Shown: positions 21,843 to 26,801 of the stretch, piece by piece
Position numbering within the stretch: the stretch's first letter is position 1
How the letters are laid out: every line of letters begins with the position of its first letter
Source of the DNA: Spirogloea muscicola
Lineage: Eukaryota
Length of the DNA: 26,801 bases
Assembly (NCBI GenBank): GCA_009602725.1
Contig: WELB01000007.1
Coordinates: 811,697 to 838,497, forward strand
Direction: 5' to 3'
The notes under the pieces: model-generated
Database searches by the model: none
The model's input: only the letters and a program-made list of their open reading frames with translations
What the model was told of the DNA's origin: nothing
Program-made: the position numbers and the translations under genes

Positions 21843-22784
21843 TCACCGGCCGTAACCGAAGGCGGAGTTGTACCGCTGCTTTTTGGAGAGAGACGAAGCG
21901 GCACCGCTGGCCGGCGCACCCCCTTCTGTAGCCCGTGATGTACTTGCCAGTACACCGAGCGCCCTTTGTCGTTCTCGCTGCTCCCGCTGCAGCCTCTCTG
22001 CCCGCAGCTCGTCCACCGTTTTCCGCTTCCTCGTAACTTTTCTGTCGCTCAATGCTGGAAGCCGCACGCCAAAGAAATGGCGAATGAGACCGGGCCATCG
22101 AAGCGAAAGCAGTCATCATTAGTCCGACCAGCAGATCTTCCAGACCCGTAGCCCCTGCCCATAGCCGGCAAGGCCCCTTAGCTTCGTGGCAAAGGTGCAA
22201 GGGCAGAGCAAGGGTCGGGCATGTGCATCTTGAGCCCATCTTACTACTACCGAGTACCACCAGCGACAAGGCACACTCTGACCGGCACCGCCATGAAGCA
22301 CTCAAACCACTGGCTGAAGCGCGTGGGTGGCTTGCCACGAGAAAGGGCCGTAAGCCCCTGCTGTGGCAGCGTGCATGGCGGTATCCTCACACAGGCCGGC
22401 CAAAAGTGGCAAGACAGGCACCATTCACGAACCCGCAGCTGGGCGACGGGCGCTGCTGCTGCCGGTAGCCTCCTTCTCGCGGCCGTTCCCGACGTCGGCC
22501 CGCTCGGGCACCGCCGTCGCCGCCACGGGCGGCTCGAGCGTGTACCACGGGCGCCGGGCCTGCTCACCGGCGGCGCCGTACCCAAGGCTGTGCGAGGGGT
22601 CCGCCGCCGCAGCGTCAGCCGCCGCCCTGCCGTCTCGGCCCTTGGCCTTGGCCCTGACCTCACCGCTGTTGCTCGCGAGCGCGGCCACGGGGAGGCCGTC
22701 GAAGAGGCTGAAGTGTCCGGCATCGCCGCCAGCGCCGGCACCGGCGAGCCCAGCCTCGGCGGCGGCCTCGTCGCCGCGCCGCGC
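21843..22784 (-). CDS. LENG1: LENG1-like (leukocyte receptor cluster member 1 homolog) protein; 5'-partial
   Basis: Exons 22784-22433 and 22054-21843 (TGA), joined by a phase-1 GT-AG intron. Motifs GHFSLFDG, LGYGAAGEQARRPWY, KTVDELRAERLQREQRERQRA and RYNSAFG match plant LENG1 homologs (HINLFEG, LGYGVAG..PWY, KKTLEELRxERLKRE). The N-terminal CIR_N exon is missing beyond the N at 22785. Confidence 0.78.
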
Positions 22785-22905
22785 NGCGCATCAAGCCTGC
22801 CAGGGCGTCCCGTGACGGGGGGGGGCCCATTGAGAGCGTGCGCGAGCAGGCGCCACGTGCCCTCTCTCCCTACCCGCCCCAAGGATGGCCCGCGCCGGCG
22901 GCACC

Positions 22906-22939
<34 letters not shown>

Positions 22940-22966
22940 TGGTGGCGGCGGCGGTGGCGGCGGCGG
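22906..22966 (+). repeat. (GGC)n trinucleotide microsatellite
   Basis: About 20 GGC/GCG units with a few GGT/GCT interruptions. Confidence 0.9.
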
Positions 22967-23481
22967 AGAACGTCGCCCCTACCAGAAGACCTAGCCTGCG
23001 TCGGCGCGACTCCCGTTAAATGGCACCGTCGTGGTAAGTCGCAGGCAGCTAAGCTGGGCCCCGGCGCACCCTTGGCAGGCGCACCGCGCCCCTTTCATCT
23101 CGTAGGCATCTCTTTGGCTCTTCGGACTTCGTCCATTCTTTGCGGGCTGGCCTCTGCCAGCCCCTCTTCTCTATGGGCGCGCACTTTCTTCTTCCTTCTT
23201 CGTTTTTCTTTCTTCTTTCCATCTTTCTACCCACGCTTTTCCACCCTCTGCTTATCCCGATCTTTCAGACCTAATTCACTTGCTCTGGGCTCTCACACCT
23301 GTAGTCTTACACTAGAAGCGCTATTTCTCTCATCTTCTTTGGTGAGCTACTTTAGCCTGTCGAATCTCGATGTGCTCAATCGCACCTACCAAGTCTCGCA
23401 ACAGCCGGCTTTTGCACTGTAACAGTGCAAAAGCGTGGGCCTTCACTTTGTGTAGCCCCAGTCGTCGCACTTCAGCCTCCT

Positions 23482-23810
23482 AGGGCTGGCCTCTTACAGC
23501 CATTGCCTTCCTACATAACAGCTCATTTTCTTTTATGGGTTTAGGGCTGGCTTTCACAGAGCCGCCCTTGACAACCTGTAGCCGCTTGGGTGTCAGTAGA
23601 AATAGGCTGGTCACGGGCATTGGCACCAGGAGCGCGCTTCTCGTGCTCGACAGAAGGTGTGGGGTGCGCATGAGATGAGAGGAAGGCCAACTTAAGCGAC
23701 TACAACGTGTGTAAGAACAAGAGAGCAGGGGCTAAGCTAAAATAACCGAACGTTCAACGGTAGGGGGACTCTGTCACCCACTAGTGCACGCATACATATC
23801 TGCCAGACTA
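23482..23810. repeat. Reverse module A copies (23482-23560) followed by a forward degenerate module B (23653-23810)
   Basis: GGGCTGGCCTCTTACAGCC, GGGCTGGCTTTCACAG; GAAGGTGTGGGGTGCGCATGAGATGAGAGGAAGGCCAA; GCATACATATCTG. Confidence 0.7.
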
Positions 23811-23963
23811 ATATGGGGCGCCGGAGCACCACCCCGCAAGCCAGTGGCCTGACTTAATGTGCGCCCAGCACGCCAATGACTGGCTAGAGCCTGACAACGC
23901 TGCAAACCCGGCGAGAGCCGCATTACAATTTGCAACCTTGCGGGACACTAGTATGCCCTTACT

Positions 23964-24383
23964 CATCGGCCCGACTACGACGGCGAATGTCGACCACATG
24001 GGCCAGGCGATGGAGGAGGGAGGACCACACGGTACTTAGCCGCCATGAATGTCCATAGCCACGGATATATGTAGTCTGCCCTGGGGTGGTCCTTGTACTG
24101 CCGCTCCTATCTTTCCGCACGATTCAATTAAGAAGCCCCCTTCTGCCACCGACTGGAGCTTGACGATTTCGCTCCACTGGCCATCAATGTGCACCGGGCT
24201 TTCGCGTCTCGGTGGCTGGACCGTTTGGCCCGGTTTGCGTGCCGCGCTATGTTCCGCAGGCGGGGCGAGCAGGCTGACTTCAACGCTGCTGGCTCGCTGG
24301 CGCAGGTCTTCTGGATGCCCCTCTTCGTTGTCCTCCAGCTGTCCTTGGCCCACGCCTTCATCTGCGAGCTAGCCGTGCTCTAG
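23964..24383 (+). mobile_element. Decayed 3' fragment of a putative RLE-type non-LTR retrotransposon (restriction-like endonuclease region)
   Basis: One frame with two internal stops reads HRPD...DDFAPLAINVHRAFASRWLDRLARFACRA...VFWMPLFVVLQLSLAHAF. This resembles the RLE pattern RPD...FxPLAxETxGAFG...RLSVALQRxNA. Confidence 0.45.
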
Positions 24384-24729
24384 CTGCCGCTACAGTAGCC
24401 CCTCTTAGCTCAGGGCTTCGCTTTGTGTAGCCCCATCCATTGCATGTATTTGCTTGTTGTGAAATGGCGTATTGGAAGTGCTTGGCCTCAAATTCATTTC
24501 ATGCTTTGCTTCATGGCATTACTGAGGGGCCACCCAGAGTAGCTCATCTTATTGTTACAAGTGGTTCGCACTGTTGTGTTGCAGCTTGCCGCTTGACCTT
24601 GTCCACACGTGTTGTGGGCTGGCTTTTCATGCATACCGTTGCCTTTTGGCTATCTGGGCACTCCGGGTCCCTTCAGACCTTGTCCATTCCTCTTGGGCTT
24701 GGCCTTCCACAGTTTAGCCCCCGTCAAGA

Positions 24730-25035
24730 GAGAAGGGCTCGGAGCGCTTGAAAGATAAGGGAGGCCAATTCATGCCAATACATTGTTCAGGCAGAATCAG
24801 TGCAAAAAAAAAATTACATAAAAAGAAAGGCTTCCTTTGAAAGAGCTCCTTTCTCATGGCCCCTTCCGGCCCTTACAGACCTTGTACATTCCTTTGGGTT
24901 TTCGGCATAGCCTTTCTTCTTTGGGCTGGCCTTATCCTTGTCGTTCTTTTCGGGCTGGCTGTTCACAGCCCTCGCCCCCTTTGGGAAACCCACTTTCTTT
25001 CTTACAGCCATTGCCTTACCTCGAAGAGCTATTTC
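24730..25035. repeat. Module B copy ending in A10 (24730-24813) plus reverse module A copies (24855-25035)
   Basis: The reverse complement of ~24935-25000 (AAAGTGGGTTTCCCAAAGGGGGCGAGGGCTGTGAACAGCCAGCCCGAAAAGAACGACAAGG) closely matches 8311-8372. Confidence 0.85.
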
Positions 25036-25308
25036 TTCCCCCTTGGCTGCCGAGGGTCTGCTTGGTCGCTGTCAGGAAGACAGACTCAGACAGACTCCAC
25101 TGGAAGAACCTTCTCTTTCTTGCTGTCAAGTGCTGGAGCGAGTTGCGGTGACATTCCCACGGCAGTTTGAGAGCCATATTGTTGACGCTTACATGGTGTT
25201 CAGATAGTTGTGGGTAGATTCACCCGAACCTACCCAGATTGTATGCCCGTTAGCCTCGTGCCGGGGTACAGGCCATCTAAGCAGTAGTGCTGTTGTCGTT
25301 CCTTACTG

Positions 25309-25700
25309 TTCCGTCCAGGCTCGCCGGAGTGGCCTCGCATGCTCCCGGCAGGCTTGGCCTTGGACATGCTCGGCGGCATGCTCGACCTCGGCCAATGCTC
25401 GACGACGTGGCGTCTGTCGAGACAGCCCGTGCATCCCTCGTCGGGCACGCTCCTCACGGGGCGGGCCTTGGCGGAGCCCCATGCACCCTGGAGGGAGGAT
25501 GGCTCGGAGAAGCACCAGAATTGTAGAGCAGCCAGTACACATACACAGCACACATCTTTTCACAGCCATCGCGCCTTCGGAAGGGCTGCTTCCATTCTCA
25601 ACAGCAACTTGCCGCGGCCTGCTTCCGCGGCCGAGCGACTCCACCCCTGTTCGCGGGAAGCCGCTCGCTTCTGCTGCCACTTGCACACGTCCACCTGGCC
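25309..25700 (+). mobile_element. Second decayed putative RLE-type non-LTR endonuclease fragment
   Basis: Across two frames: RMLPAGLAL..., MLDDVASV, PVHPSSGTLL..RALAEP..EKHQNCRAA, SFHSHRAFGRAASILNSNL. This recalls RPAD..DVxVxxP..AExxKxxKY..GAFG. It shares HRAF with the 23964 fragment. Confidence 0.4.
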
Positions 25701-26801
25701 ACTAGGCCAGCTGGCCAGAACACATACGCCAGGCACCTGCAAGTCTTGCCCAGCGGACCACTCATAGTCGCCGCCTATAGCAGAGTAGGCGGCACAGCCT
25801 GTCGTCAGCCAGGCCTGCTACTCCAACGCAGTGGCGCCCTCCCTCGTGTGGGCTCGCGGGGATCCGCAAGTTGCTTCCCTGCCCGTCAGGGGCCGACACC
25901 AGGAGCCCGTGCGGGTCCCTCGGCAAGGTCCGGCTCGCTTCCCTGTCATGCGGCGCCAGACGCGCGTCTCGCGACGCTGCTTGCCGCCTTGTCGGTGGCC
26001 CGCGGGAGGCGCGGCCGGTGTGGCTTGCTCGGCGTGGCGCAGGGCGGGCCCGGCGCCACGGGCAGCGCCCTCCTCGCCGCTAGGCCGGCGAGCCTCCGGC
26101 GGAGGCGGGGCCAGCGGAGTCCCGCAGCTGTTCCTTTTAAGGAACAGCGTATCCTTATGAAGGAGCAAGCCTTTACGGTGGGACGTGGGTTTGCCTTTCG
26201 CATGCAAATAAATGCTCACCCTTGGGTACTACTGGTTCTGGCACACTGTTACCTTAGCCACCTTAGCATGGGGCTTCGTTCCATGTGACTCCACCTTTTG
26301 CAGTAGTTTGTTGGCTCAACAGTGTCGGATCACATGGCCACCCTGTCGACTAAAGCGCACCGCGCGCGCCAACTTCTCTCCGTGGGTTGGTGTGTCCCCG
26401 CCCCACCCCCCTGGGAGAACAAGATAAGCGCGGCAACGATCGGACAGGTGGTGGTGGTAGTGGGCGATACCATCCGGTGGCACCCGCGAATGCGATCGAA
26501 TCGGGCGTCGTCGCCTCCCGCCCGCCTGCCCGCCACCACTCCCGCTCGTGCGCGCCCGTCAGCCCCCCGCCCCCAGCGATCGATCGGCCGGTGCCAGCAC
26601 CAATGCGGCACCAAGCGGCGGCAATCATGGAGCCACGACGGGCGGCCCAAGCCGGACGGCGCCGCGAGGGGCCGCCCGATCGACGATCGCGGCCGATCGC
26701 TCCCCTCGCGATCGGACCGCGCGGGGCGCGCAGGCGACGCCAGTGCGACGACATCCATTGGCGGGGGGGCCCCGCCGGGGCGTCGCCCGCGGCCGGGCCC
26801 C

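Overview
GC-rich, intron-rich eukaryotic DNA from the green lineage. Gene content and GT-AG introns of ~110-380 bp point to a streptophyte alga, possibly Zygnematophyceae (inference). Five protein-coding loci are supported: (1) a full-size ABCB/P-glycoprotein transporter, with 15 exons at 222-6443 (+) and its 5' end upstream of the window; (2) exon 1 of a small plant FYVE-domain protein at 9643-9729 (+), cut off by a single-N join at 9881; (3) a 5'-truncated ARM-repeat protein resembling At2g25130/At4g31890, 9882-12409 (+); (4) an intronless, atypical DREB A-6/WIND-like AP2/ERF factor, 19589-20635 (+); (5) a 5'-truncated LENG1-like gene, 21843-22784 (-). All three single Ns (9881, 19558, 22785) lie at or just upstream of gene 5' ends and look like scaffold gaps. 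The intergenic DNA is dense with an uncharacterised two-module dispersed repeat family. It also holds a 139-bp TG..CA element with an ATAT target-site duplication, which pairs with an inverted partial copy to form a ~75-bp-arm hairpin, two decayed fragments resembling restriction-like endonuclease domains of non-LTR retrotransposons, and a cluster of CGATCG motifs at the right end. No rRNA, tRNA or CRISPR was seen, and I found no clear evidence of a new biological system. All homology calls come from motif recognition, not from database searches.
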